The position numbers were made by a program, and so were the translations under genes. This document shows, one piece after another, positions 1-9,569 of a stretch of 64,000 bases of DNA. The notes beneath the pieces were generated by a model. It was not told where the DNA came from, made no database searches, and saw nothing but the letters and a program-made list of their open reading frames with translations. The stretch is from IMG/VR virus record IMGVR_UViG_3300021408_000001, positions 68,905 through 132,904 of that record; one strand, 5' to 3'. Numbering within the stretch: the first letter of the stretch is position 1; every line of letters begins with the position of its first letter. Source of the DNA: a virus (lineage: Duplodnaviria > Caudoviricetes).

Positions 1-241
1 CAACTGACCTAGAATACGAACTTGACGAAACACTACGCGCCATCATCCTAAATTCTGGTGAAAACCTCGTTAAGATGGACCCCGATGAGTACCTTTGCAT
101 CCACTGCCTAGATTGGCGAGCACGTTACGTGGGCCTTAAGCTCCATTGGCGAGCTGACCCCTGGCTTAGCCTAAGCGAGTCCCAAGTTCCCTACCGCACA
201 GAAGCCCCAGAATACCAGTCAGAGCCTCCGGAGGTGCTATA

Positions 242-424
242 GTGAGCGGGTTCAAATCCATATGTGACAGGTGCACCCTTAGAGAAGCCATGCACTCAAC
301 CATTATCCAGGGTAGCTATAGCAACTACTGCTGCAAGTGTTACATGGATGGTGGTGGAATTGCTGACGATTGGCACCCCGAGTGCATGAAAGCTTTAGCA
401 GACCAACAAAAGCAGGCACCATGA
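242..424 (+). CDS. hypothetical small Cys-rich protein
   Basis: GGAGG RBS upstream; CxxC motifs; ATGA overlap with next ORF. Confidence 0.5.
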   Translation: MSGFKSICDRCTLREAMHSTIIQGSYSNYCCKCYMDGGGIADDWHPECMKALADQQKQAP

Positions 425-651
425 ATCTCTCAGAGGCACAGGGCCTTTTAGGCAAAAAGATAAATGGCCAACGCATCACGGATGTTATAACCAAAAAGTC
501 TTTCGGCATTTTGTCTGCCGCGTCGAGCGACCGCATCATCATAGTTCTCGATGGTGGCCAAGAAATCGATGGTGGCCAAGAAATCGATGGTGGCCAAGAA
601 ATCGATGTTACTTACAGTGACGCTTCTGCCCTTAACATCTCGTCATACTAG
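421..651 (+). CDS. hypothetical protein with DGGQEI x3 repeat
   Basis: ATG at 421 overlaps upstream stop; in-frame 18-bp tandem repeat. Confidence 0.55.
   Translation: MNLSEAQGLLGKKINGQRITDVITKKSFGILSAASSDRIIIVLDGGQEIDGGQEIDGGQEIDVTYSDASALNISSY
548..607 (+). repeat. 18-bp tandem repeat TCGATGGTGGCCAAGAAA x3.3
   Basis: Directly visible perfect tandem copies. Confidence 0.95.
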
Positions 652-925
652 CTTATTTATTTATTTATTACATACTAACCCACTTAGTTATTATTACGCA
701 CTAGCACGTGACAAAACTAGGTGAGCTAGCACCTTCCCCCCTTGAATGTTACTCAACAGTGACGCTTCAATCTAGTTACCAATCGGTAACATAATTAATC
801 GTAGCGCTCGCTAATTTTGGTCGGAATTTTTGGAGATTTTCAATTTTTTGTAATAAAAACGCTACAGCTCCGCTCAATTAAGGGAGCTTTCAGATTTACC
901 CAACAAAAGAAAGTAAGATAACCAG

Positions 926-1279
926 ATGAGTAGTGGAAGATTGCGCAAGGCTGTTTCTATAGCTGCTGGTGCTACGATGGCCCTAGGCGCATCATTTGTG
1001 ATTGCACCTAGTGAGGCATCAGCCCATCACTTCGACAACTACTCGCATTACTACTGTGCTAAGCACCGTTCACCTGGGACAGTGATTGTTCACTCATTGC
1101 CTACCCAGCTACAGCCTAACTATATTCGGTACTATTGCCGGCAGGACTTCTTCGGCGTCCAGGATCAATACGAAGTGTTTGTCGATCTGCCACTTAGCAG
1201 CGACAATTCAACTCGTCCGTTCCCAATGGAGCGTTGCTACCCAGCACCTGCATGGAACGAATATTGTCTAGAGCCGTAA
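926..1279 (+). CDS. secreted Cys-containing protein
   Basis: Basic N-terminus, Ala-rich hydrophobic stretch, ASA signal-peptidase-like site; 4 Cys in mature part. Confidence 0.7.
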   Translation: MSSGRLRKAVSIAAGATMALGASFVIAPSEASAHHFDNYSHYYCAKHRSPGTVIVHSLPTQLQPNYIRYYCRQDFFGVQDQYEVFVDLPLSSDNSTRPFPMERCYPAPAWNEYCLEP

Positions 1280-1281
1280 AC

Positions 1282-1373
1282 ACATAGTAACTTATCTATT
1301 TGTTGAATATACTAAACACTTTTAGTATCATGTTACTACATAGTAACTTATGTTTAGGCTGAATATACTAAAC
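1282..1373 (+). repeat. 36-bp imperfect direct repeat pair (1282-1317, 1338-1373)
   Basis: ACATAGTAACTTAT-N8-TGAATATACTAAAC occurs twice. Confidence 0.85.
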
Positions 1374-1398
1374 CCCACCGCCTTGGCATATGAGTGTG

Positions 1399-1481
1399 TT
1401 AGGTGAGCCTAATATAGTTAAATAAGTGGTCCGAACAGACGGAATTCGGGGGAGCCAATTTAGGCTATTAGGCACGCCTAA
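1399..1481. promoter_or_regulatory. two IdeR/DtxR-like boxes (1399-1412, 1468-1481)
   Basis: TTAGGTGAGCCTAA and TTAGGCACGCCTAA match the TTAGG-N4-CCTAA core of DtxR-family operators. Confidence 0.45.
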
Positions 1482-1698
1482 CACCCCCTAATAGGCGCAA
1501 ATCGCACAGGGCGGCCCTCGCCATTGACCGAGCAAGCGTTTGGTTTATTACATCATTGAGACATAGCAAGCGCTTGGTCATAACCACTTAGTGTTAATAG
1601 GTTAGTACATATAGCATGACGCATGCACCGTACCCATACGCACAGGTGCGCGTGTACGCATAGTGTATATACCCCACTACCACTAGAGCATGGCCTAT

Positions 1699-2211
1699 TT
1701 ACAATAGGCCATGCTCTTGCTTATATGCCCATGTATCCTTATATGCGTCATCGAATGTGGTACTCATAGTACTACTAGGGGTAGTACGTCTAGCACTACT
1801 AGTACTGTACATACTATCAAATACAGCCTTATCTACTATCTCTATAGTAGTACCATACTTAGCCTCTAGTTCTGTATGTGGCATGGGGTTATCATTAATA
1901 TCATCTATCATATACCCTATCTTGGTAGGCCCATATCTAGCCTGCCACCTAGCATTAACCCGTACATAGCAGGTACCGGTGTATAGCCATGCACCCATGT
2001 CGTTAGGCCCATGCTTAGCGGCTATCTCCTCGCGTACCATTTCGCTATACCCACTGTACTCATCTACAACATGTTGCATACCCCTACGTATTAGTTCCGC
2101 CATAGATACGAATAGATCACCCATATCTACTAGTTCCCTAGCTTGGTCGTATAGCTCTTCCGATATCCATACATGTATTTGCTTGCTCTTATGCCTATCC
2201 GTACTAGCCAT
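1699..2211 (-). CDS. ribbon-helix-helix (CopG/Arc/MetJ-like) DNA-binding protein
   Basis: N-terminal KQIHVWISEELYDQARELVD..SMAELIRRGM fits RHH pattern; GGAGGGG RBS upstream on - strand. Confidence 0.65.
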   Translation of the reverse strand: MASTDRHKSKQIHVWISEELYDQARELVDMGDLFVSMAELIRRGMQHVVDEYSGYSEMVREEIAAKHGPNDMGAWLYTGTCYVRVNARWQARYGPTKIGYMIDDINDNPMPHTELEAKYGTTIEIVDKAVFDSMYSTSSARRTTPSSTMSTTFDDAYKDTWAYKQEHGLL

Positions 2212-2409
2212 ATGTACCCCTCCGTACCTTAGTTATAGGTGTAAGTTTGTATCCCACAATACGTATAATAGCCCTGACCAGGGGTTATATGGGCGTTATC
2301 TTAGCCCTAACGCATGCCCTAAGTTTCGCCCCCAAGGGGTTACCGGGGGTAAGAACACCCTTGTTTATACATATCATAGTGCTTATGAGCGCGGGTACTC
2401 GGGTGCATG

Positions 2410-2418
2410 TTATCCACA
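2410..2418 (+). promoter_or_regulatory. consensus DnaA box TTATCCACA
   Basis: Exact 9-mer in non-coding DNA; single copy. Confidence 0.35.
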
Positions 2419-2569
2419 CCGAAATGCGCGTGTGGGTATAGCATCCACTAACACAAGCCCCCCCCCCCCCTATACTTCGCTTTATACGTATATGGAAATT
2501 CGCCTCCTCCAATATGTATGTAACTTTATTGTACTAATTGAGGGGAGTTATAAGAAGAGAGTGGATGCA

Positions 2570-2634
2570 CAGACGTATGTTCGTACGAACATATGTTGGG
2601 GGTACAAATGTTCCCAAAATCGAACAAATGTTCG
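2570..2634. promoter_or_regulatory. cluster of LexA (SOS) box-like sites
   Basis: TCGAACAAATGTTCG (2620-2634) fits CGAAC-N4-GTTCG; degenerate copies at 2570-2583, 2586-2599, 2601-2614. Confidence 0.6.
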
Positions 2635-3289
2635 CTCGTATAAAGTCGTTTCCTCGCATACCGTGCATCCCACTGATCTCGGTACATATGAGAGTTGCGT
2701 TCTAAGCCTCAGAATCCCCGCTTGGGTAGCGAGTCGCTCGGGAAGGGTTTCCTCCCCTCAGAACGTCGTTTGGGCGGCTCTCAGAGAACAGGGGTCACTT
2801 CCCTCGCGTTCCCAGGACCCAATTCCGCCGAATCCGCAAGGGGGTCGCCAGCGGGGAAAGTTACCGGCGGTAGGTAAACACTGTTTACCTGGGCTCGAAT
2901 CGGTCGGTAAATCGGTCGGTAAGTCGGCGGGTAAGCCCTAAGGCCCAGATTTGGGCACCCAAGAATCGGACTAAAGGCCAGGTCAGGACCTACAAACCAC
3001 GACTTAAAGCCAGGCCCAAACCAGCCGATTACGGACCCTAAATTTGGGAGCTGGCGCCGCGCGAAAGCCCAGCTCACGCCCAACCACCCACGGACTCACG
3101 CCCACAAGCCCCGGAGAGCCGCACCAGGAGTTGAGCGCGAGCTGGCGCCTGGAAAGCCAGGCCAGGGCGGCTACGGGCCGCACAGGGGCCTGTGCTGGCT
3201 TGCGCGGCCGAGTGCCAGCCACCAGGGCGCGCCCTGGGACGATAACAGTCGTTATGACTGTTACTTGGTGGGTGCAGGCGAGGCGTTGT

Positions 3290-3910
3290 TCGCAGTGACA
3301 AACAACAACCCACTAAGCCAGCACGGAATGCGAGCGATGGATGGCCTGTGCGCACGAAGACTGTTCGCGGACGCAAACAAGTGAGATAATGCGGATTATT
3401 AAGCCAGTAGGGTTGCCAGGTACTAACGCGGTCTGTAAGTTGGTGGGTGCCCGAGCAGTACGAATCGGGCGCAGGCATGGCACTGGATCGGGTTAGTCGC
3501 TTTCCAGCTCCCAGCCGAAATCGGGCAAACAGCCTGCTAGCGGTGCGAACCGCGGGGCGGGCGAACGACCAGGGTGCGACCTGGTCAGTAAGCGGTTTAG
3601 CCCTAGCGCTAAGGCGATATCCCAACCGGATTACCGGTAATGCGGTTTCCAAGCGAGCACGTGATGGTGAGAGACGTGCGGTTGCGAATCCCCTAACTTA
3701 GCAGCGCTTAAAGCTGAAACTCTCTATGGGAGTCCTACAAAGGTCCTGGTCACGGTACGTACCGTAGCTAAGCTAAGCGAACGGTCCAATGGGGTTAGGT
3801 ATTAGTGCTAACCCGGGCGGAACAAGTAGTAAGGCGATGGGTAAATACAGTCAAACCAGAATCCGGGCACAGGGTAGGTCAATTAGAGAGTGTTGCTTAA
3901 ACCCTTTCTT
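3290..3910 (+). ncRNA. candidate large structured non-coding RNA (boundaries approximate)
   Basis: No credible ORF or RBS; many stem-loops (GACCAGG..CCTGGTC, GCGGT-GCGA-ACCGC, GCACGT..ACGTGC, GGGTTAG..CTAACCC); long-range ACTCTCTA/TAGAGAGT pairing. Confidence 0.5.
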
Positions 3911-4270
3911 TCCCTAAAGGTGAGAATAACGGGGGATGGCATCGCCTAGGGGGTCACTTAGAAACCCGAACGGTGCCATCCCCTGCTCACTAACGATTTG
4001 AATACGCACAAGGGGTAGCTAGTTGTACTCATTGAAACCGCTTATGCCTAATCGTGCATAGGTATGGAACGTGGGCACTAGCTACCCCCTGTGTTTATTC
4101 AAGTCTAAGAGGCGGGTAGCACGTGAACGGTCACCTTAATAAGTGAAAGCTTGTGACCGAACACCTTAAAGTGCACAAACCCACTCTTGCTAGGCGTTAG
4201 CACTTACCGGTGAATAACAACCTGGTGGGTAGCTAGCGCCTAGCGGCTATCGCAAAGCACAGGGGGAGAC

Positions 4271-4423
4271 ATGAATACACCAAACGAAAGCGCTTATGAC
4301 TTCTACTACGCACAAGCGATGATGGAAGGCGTGAATGCCAAAGAGGCAAGCGAGTACGCAATTCAGCGCGCCAGCAACCCAGGGCGTGACTTCTACAGCC
4401 ATATGTTGGCGCAGGCTCGTTAG
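4271..4423 (+). CDS. hypothetical protein (50 aa), first cassette gene
   Basis: AGGGGGAG RBS; TAG stop is the first base triplet of element 1. Confidence 0.65.
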   Translation: MNTPNESAYDFYYAQAMMEGVNAKEASEYAIQRASNPGRDFYSHMLAQAR

Positions 4424-4495
4424 TGATACTGAGACGTTAGGACTTAGGCCCTAACGTTGATTGTAATACTAACAATGGGAAAGGGAGCTAGTTAA

Positions 4496-4834
4496 ATGAA
4501 TAAGTTCGGAATCAAGGTCATCGTGGGTCTGTTCATCTTCGTGATCGGTTACGGTGCTAACGCACTGGATACCGCGAACGCGACGAACACCCCTGTGAGC
4601 AAGAGCGTCAACCTGGTGGCCAATACCGATAACCCTGACGTAGTGGTTACGTGGGGTACTGGTAACGAGGACGAGGATAATCTAGTGATTACGGTTGACG
4701 GCGCGGAAGTGCTTCGCACCCACGTTGACCAGCTCGCTAGTGGTAAGCGTCTGGTCGTGGTTGATGCCGATTGGTTCAACGGTTACGTGACCTGGTATGA
4801 CGCCAACGGTGCAGAGTTCACCAAGAGCCGATAG
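4496..4834 (+). CDS. secreted/membrane-anchored hypothetical protein
   Basis: Signal-peptide-like N-terminus; element plus GGGAAAGGGA RBS upstream. Confidence 0.75.
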   Translation: MNKFGIKVIVGLFIFVIGYGANALDTANATNTPVSKSVNLVANTDNPDVVVTWGTGNEDEDNLVITVDGAEVLRTHVDQLASGKRLVVVDADWFNGYVTWYDANGAEFTKSR

Positions 4835-4885
4835 CGGTTGCGGTTAGCCAACTACGGTTGGCTAACCAATTATCCTTATCGGATA

Positions 4886-4928
4886 TGGGATTCTAGAGAG
4901 TTACTTTCGTAACTCTCTGGGTTGACCA
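4886..4928 (+). repeat. second-type hairpin element (copy 1; copy 2 at 9792-9835)
   Basis: GGGA.TCTAG.GA(C)GTTAC-N4-GTAACTCTCT.GGTTGACC in both places, between a main element and the RBS. Confidence 0.75.
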
Positions 4929-4947
4929 ATGGGAAAGGGAAGAAACA

Positions 4948-5220
4948 ATGCGCAAGGGTGGGGATTCCCGCGGTTCGTCCGCTAGCCGCCGTGCTCGCAA
5001 AGTTTGGATGTTAAATCACTTTGGCAATGGGCTTAACGTCAATTGCGTTCATTGTGGTAAGGAACTTGATTACACCACAGTGGAGAGTGATCGAATCATT
5101 CCGGGTAACTTGGGTGGTTCTTATAGGCGAGACAATGTGCAACCCGCGTGCCGATGCTGCAACGCACGGCGCGCCGATGACATGAGCTGGACTTACACTC
5201 CAGTTATGGCAATGGCTTAG
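4948..5220 (+). CDS. small HNH endonuclease
   Basis: CxxC..ESDRIIPG..GGSYRRDNVQPACxxCN HNH/Zn-finger pattern. Confidence 0.8.
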   Translation: MRKGGDSRGSSASRRARKVWMLNHFGNGLNVNCVHCGKELDYTTVESDRIIPGNLGGSYRRDNVQPACRCCNARRADDMSWTYTPVMAMA

Positions 5221-5287
5221 CACTTACTGAGTCGGGGTAATGCAAATTACCCCGACAATTGTAAATACTAAGTTAGGGAGAGGGATT

Positions 5288-5488
5288 ATGGCTATCAAGC
5301 ATACGCAACGTGGCATGGGTGGTGGTAAGACTCATGGTGTTGTTAGTGAAGCGCACCAAGTGTTGCATCATCGCAAGCGTGAGACGACCGAGCGCATCAT
5401 TTGGGCTAAGCGCGTCCTTTACCGTCACAAGGTGATTGGTTGGGACGACTTGACCCCAATCGAGCAAATGGGACTGACCAAGCACTAG
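5288..5488 (+). CDS. hypothetical protein
   Basis: ATG after element plus RBS; TAG in next element. Confidence 0.75.
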   Translation: MAIKHTQRGMGGGKTHGVVSEAHQVLHHRKRETTERIIWAKRVLYRHKVIGWDDLTPIEQMGLTKH

Positions 5489-5553
5489 TGATACTGAGAG
5501 CTAACGACATCGTCGTTAGTTCAATTGCATTACTAGAGATAGGGGAAAGGGAT

Positions 5554-5862
5554 ATGAGTGAGTATCGCACAGACGGTGCGGGCGCGGAAGCGCTTGCATT
5601 GCAACTAGACGCGGACGAACGTTTGCAACCTGGTGATGCCGGTTACTGGCAGCATTGGGGAGCACGTACGTTTGACGTCAAGGCTGGTGACATCATCGCT
5701 ACTCTTGATAATGGCGTCATCGTTCTAGACGAAATCGCTAGTGCTCGTGACAACACTGTTCAAATGGTCTACACCACGGTTAGTGGTAAGACGTTCTCGC
5801 TTGGACATTTGTTCAAAGGATTTCAAGTGTTCCGTTCGGGAACGCATAACACGCTCGCCTAG
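5554..5862 (+). CDS. hypothetical protein
   Basis: ATG after element plus RBS; TAG in next element. Confidence 0.75.
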   Translation: MSEYRTDGAGAEALALQLDADERLQPGDAGYWQHWGARTFDVKAGDIIATLDNGVIVLDEIASARDNTVQMVYTTVSGKTFSLGHLFKGFQVFRSGTHNTLA

Positions 5863-5931
5863 TGGTACTGACCTAGTACTAGCAATAGTGCTAGGGATTG
5901 CATTACTAGACAATGGGAAAGGGAAGACAAC

Positions 5932-6078
5932 ATGCGCACCTACACCACTACCGATTCCAGTGGTAACAAGGTCCGAGTCATGGCCGATTCGCAGGCTGCC
6001 GCGGCCGGTTGGGCAGAAGTTGAGCGCAAGCTTGCCGCGATGCGTGCCATCGCCTACAACCTGCGCGTTTGGTTCTAG
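5932..6078 (+). CDS. hypothetical protein (48 aa)
   Basis: Fills exactly the space between RBS and next element. Confidence 0.7.
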   Translation: MRTYTTTDSSGNKVRVMADSQAAAAGWAEVERKLAAMRAIAYNLRVWF

Positions 6079-6144
6079 TCGTTACTGACCTGGCACTAGC
6101 AATAGTGCCAGGGATTGTAATTACTAGTAAATGGGAAAGGGATT

Positions 6145-6276
6145 ATGACTACTTTCAATTTCAACCATGTTCCGACCGGTCAGAGTGGCAAGGTCATGGC
6201 GCGTAACCACGTCGCCGCGGTCAAGATGGTCCGTGAGGCTTACGGACCTGGTGACGTTGAGATTCACGCGGTCTAG
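6145..6276 (+). CDS. hypothetical protein (43 aa)
   Basis: Fills exactly the space between RBS and next element. Confidence 0.7.
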   Translation: MTTFNFNHVPTGQSGKVMARNHVAAVKMVREAYGPGDVEIHAV

Positions 6277-6348
6277 TCGCTACTGAGAGGTTAGGACTTA
6301 GGTCCTAACCTCAATTGTAGTTACTGGTTAAGGGGAAAGGGATAGACA

Positions 6349-6738
6349 ATGCTGGACATTATGGGCAACGAATACGAGCAACTCCCGATGTTCATCAATC
6401 CCACTACCATCATCGATAAGACGATTGATGGTAGGTGGGATAGTATAGACCATGTCACAAGTGAAGATGCTTGGAATGGAAAGCTTCAGAATTCACTGCG
6501 TGGTGGACATACCGGCTCGGACTTCAATAATATCACTAAGTGGCAAGCGTTCGGACCAATCACGCTGACAGTTCATCACGACAACGTGATTATGGGTAAT
6601 GGTCATCACCGAGTCGCCATGAGCGCAAATCAGGGAATGCAATTGATTCCTTGCTTGTGGAGTCATACTTCCTTCGCGGAAGACGAGTACAAATCAAAGG
6701 AACGGGTACTAGGTTCCGAGGAAAGTGAGTATTACTAG
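6349..6738 (+). CDS. ParB/Srx-like domain protein
   Basis: GPI..IMGNGHHRVA motif; paralog of 17303..17653 (shared QLPMF). Confidence 0.6.
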   Translation: MLDIMGNEYEQLPMFINPTTIIDKTIDGRWDSIDHVTSEDAWNGKLQNSLRGGHTGSDFNNITKWQAFGPITLTVHHDNVIMGNGHHRVAMSANQGMQLIPCLWSHTSFAEDEYKSKERVLGSEESEYY

Positions 6739-6807
6739 CAACGGTTGACCACTGATTAGCAGTAGTCAGTGGGATTGCAGTTACTAGAACAGGGAAAGGG
6801 ATAGCCA

Positions 6808-7119
6808 ATGGCAAAGCTAACCGCTAATGGCAAGCACAAGGTTGCTAGCGTGAGCTATACGACCAAGCCGCGGACGGAAATGCCCAATGGTGGCAGTGAG
6901 GAGCACTACACAACGTTTGCGCTTAGGAGCGATGGTGCAGTGCTGGAAGCGCATACGAGCGTCTATCGTCATAAGAGCGATGGTGGCAAGTACCCGCATC
7001 GTATGGGTGGCAATTACACCATCGTTGGCACCTTGCGTACTGGCCTACCGATCACGGAAGAGACCTTGCGCAACTTGCGAGTAGTCAAGGCCTACTCAAA
7101 CAAGTACAACGAACGCTAG
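6808..7119 (+). CDS. hypothetical protein
   Basis: Element plus RBS; TAG in next element. Confidence 0.75.
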   Translation: MAKLTANGKHKVASVSYTTKPRTEMPNGGSEEHYTTFALRSDGAVLEAHTSVYRHKSDGGKYPHRMGGNYTIVGTLRTGLPITEETLRNLRVVKAYSNKYNER

Positions 7120-7469
7120 TAGTACTGAGAGAGCACAAGCTAGCTTGTGCTCTTGATTGCATTACTAGAACAGGGAAAGGGATAGCTAATGGGATGGTAT
7201 ACACTCATTAGGGTCGTTCAACGCACCGTTTGGAACTATGTTCTCTTCGATAGCGACAATCTCGTTGTCGCTAGTGCTTTGCGAGCGTCGTGGTTAGCAG
7301 TATGATCGCGCACAGTGTGTTTGAAATCATAGGCGGCGGCGTCTTGGGTGTTACAACCCTAGCGTTCTTTGTATGGGTCGCATGGTTTCTTTGGTTAGCT
7401 AGTTAACTCTGAGAGTGCACTAGGTTTCCCTAGTGTGCTCGATTGAGCTAATTAGAAGGGAAAGGGATT

Positions 7470-7667
7470 ATGGTAACACGTCGCAAGGATGGCACTGAGG
7501 TTAAGTCTGGTGACATCGTTGATGATTTCCGAGGCGCGCCCTGGGAATTCAAGCGTGCTGTTAGAGCACAAACTACCGCTAAGTCTGGCAAGGTGCTGGT
7601 TAGCGATGGGGCATGGGTGCAAGAGTTCTACGATTTAGTCTTTGACCTTACGGTCACGGATAGTTGA
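7470..7667 (+). CDS. hypothetical protein
   Basis: Element plus RBS upstream. Confidence 0.75.
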   Translation: MVTRRKDGTEVKSGDIVDDFRGAPWEFKRAVRAQTTAKSGKVLVSDGAWVQEFYDLVFDLTVTDS

Positions 7668-7736
7668 TTCTGAGAGTGCTTAGCGAAAGCTGAGTGCTCG
7701 ATTGAATTAACTGTTAAAGGGAAAGGGAAGGCGGCA

Positions 7737-8552
7737 ATGAGGAAGAAATTTGATTACAAATTTGAGTTTCGCCATTGTCCTCTTTGCCTTAGCGATGACA
7801 TAGAAGTTGTGTTTGGGCATGATTGCCCATATGACCCTAGTAAGCTTGATAACGGAGCTATGTTCCCTGGTGTCAATATTGATGCTAAGGAGCGTGGTAA
7901 CGGTAGTGGCAAGGGGTCGGGCGGTAATAGCCCACCTAAGGCATCTCCTAAGCAAATCGCATATGCGATAGCGCTAGGGCTACCAGAACACATTGCTAAC
8001 GCAATGACTGCCGCGAGTGCTAGGGATCATATTCCTAGGCTCTTGGAAGAGCGTAAGCGCAAGGGTGTTGATGCTCCTGTGAGTGGCGCTAGCCCTAAGC
8101 AGATTGACTTTATCACTAGTCTGCTTAGAGATAGGCCCGGGGCATGGGATGGTGACGTTAATACACTGTCTAGCAGTGATGCTAGTGCGCTTATCAAGCG
8201 CTTGCTCGCTACACCTAAGAGTCAAGCGCCTAAGGTGGCAACGGAAATCGTTACTGACGGTTTCTATGTGGATGACAGTGATGTCATTTACAAGGTGCAA
8301 CGCGCTGTGCATGGTAGCGGGAATCTTTATGCTAAGGTTCTCGATACCGACACTGGCGTGTTTGAATATGCACAAGGTGCTATTCGCACGCTTGGTACGA
8401 TGGTGTCTAAGGGTACTGCTCACAAGCTCACGCTTGAAAGAGCTAAGGCTCTTGGTCACCTTTACGGGCGTTGCATCATTTGCGGTAAGACGCTTACAGA
8501 CGAAACGTCAATCGCTAACGGCATTGGGCCGGTGTGTGCAAAGCGTTTCTAG
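7737..8552 (+). CDS. DUF6011-like Zn-finger protein with ASPKQI repeats
   Basis: C-terminal CIICGKTLTDETSIANGIGPVCA; two ASPKQI modules. Confidence 0.7.
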   Translation: MRKKFDYKFEFRHCPLCLSDDIEVVFGHDCPYDPSKLDNGAMFPGVNIDAKERGNGSGKGSGGNSPPKASPKQIAYAIALGLPEHIANAMTAASARDHIPRLLEERKRKGVDAPVSGASPKQIDFITSLLRDRPGAWDGDVNTLSSSDASALIKRLLATPKSQAPKVATEIVTDGFYVDDSDVIYKVQRAVHGSGNLYAKVLDTDTGVFEYAQGAIRTLGTMVSKGTAHKLTLERAKALGHLYGRCIICGKTLTDETSIANGIGPVCAKRF

Positions 8553-8621
8553 TTGATACTGCGGGGTAGCTAGTGATAGTTGCCCCAATTGAATTAACTA
8601 GTAAGGGAAAGGGAAGAGCAA

Positions 8622-8873
8622 ATGGCATTCAAGCGCCATATTTGGCCTATGCGTGCTAACGAAGTGCGTGAGGATGACTACCTAATCCTTTGGTTGGATT
8701 ACGCTTCAACGATGGTCATGCGTGTTGATGTTATCATTAGTCGTCGGCCGGGTGATTACAAGTTCAGTGGTGATATTCGTTGGAATTATCACGATGGTTC
8801 TAGTCGAGTGTTAAATGGTTGGTCGCCCTGGTATGAGCACACCCAGTGGATACAAGTTGCTCGTTATCAGTAG
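8622..8873 (+). CDS. hypothetical protein
   Basis: Element plus RBS; N-terminus resembles 14522 ORF. Confidence 0.75.
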   Translation: MAFKRHIWPMRANEVREDDYLILWLDYASTMVMRVDVIISRRPGDYKFSGDIRWNYHDGSSRVLNGWSPWYEHTQWIQVARYQ

Positions 8874-8940
8874 CTACTGAGGATAGACGATAAGTCGTCT
8901 ATCCAATTGTAGTTATTGGATTAGGGAAAGGGAAGAGCAA

Positions 8941-9183
8941 ATGGCTAAGGTCAATTCTAGGCTAAAGCCTAAGACTATCAAGGGTAGAGTGTTTACGTCA
9001 TTGGTGACGTTCTCTGATGACAACGAACACGTTGCACTTGAGGCTTACGACGATAACGGTCGTCGTCATTTCGTCAAGTTCACGCCAACTGAACTAGTCA
9101 AGCTACACGGTGTGCTAGAGACCGTTGCGCAACGCGGCTGGTTCAAGGAAATGTTGTCAAAGGAAACCAGCGATTCGGTTTAG
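8941..9183 (+). CDS. hypothetical protein
   Basis: Element plus RBS; TAG in next element. Confidence 0.75.
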   Translation: MAKVNSRLKPKTIKGRVFTSLVTFSDDNEHVALEAYDDNGRRHFVKFTPTELVKLHGVLETVAQRGWFKEMLSKETSDSV

Positions 9184-9249
9184 TGGTTCTGACCTAGCAC
9201 TATAGATAGTGCTAGGAATTGAATTACTAAATAGGGAAAGGGAAGAGCA

Positions 9250-9498
9250 ATGGGTTTCTTTGAGGGTAAGTTCAAGATCACGCATCATAAGCGTGATCGG
9301 GAAGTAAGCGTACGTATGGATTTGCGCACGCTGGAAGACCTTTATCACCAGCTCGTTCATGCTGAGATCAATTGGGAGCAGCAAGTACTCACCAATGGTG
9401 AGTACGTCAACGAATCCCGAGAGATTCTTGCTGAGGTTAAGAACTACCGCAAGGAGCTACGTGAGGCTTATGCCAAAGCTACTGGCCGCGAGGTTTAG
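9250..9498 (+). CDS. hypothetical protein
   Basis: Element plus RBS. Confidence 0.75.
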   Translation: MGFFEGKFKITHHKRDREVSVRMDLRTLEDLYHQLVHAEINWEQQVLTNGEYVNESREILAEVKNYRKELREAYAKATGREV

Positions 9499-9569
9499 TT
9501 AGCAACGGTTGACCTAGTGCTAGCGATAGCACTAGGGATTGTCGTTACTAATCAATGGGAAAGGGATTA

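Noticed and set aside
1979-2941. 320-aa + strand ORF
   Set aside because: Antisense to the RHH gene, low-complexity translation, no RBS, and it runs through the operator-rich region.
2695-3701. Overlapping Arg/Pro/Ala-rich ORFs on both strands
   Set aside because: Typical spurious ORFs of GC-rich non-coding DNA, with no RBS or recognisable motifs.
3350-3855. Group I intron (GACTG/CAGTC as P7)
   Set aside because: Order and spacing of P3-P7 could not be built and no interrupted host gene flanks it.
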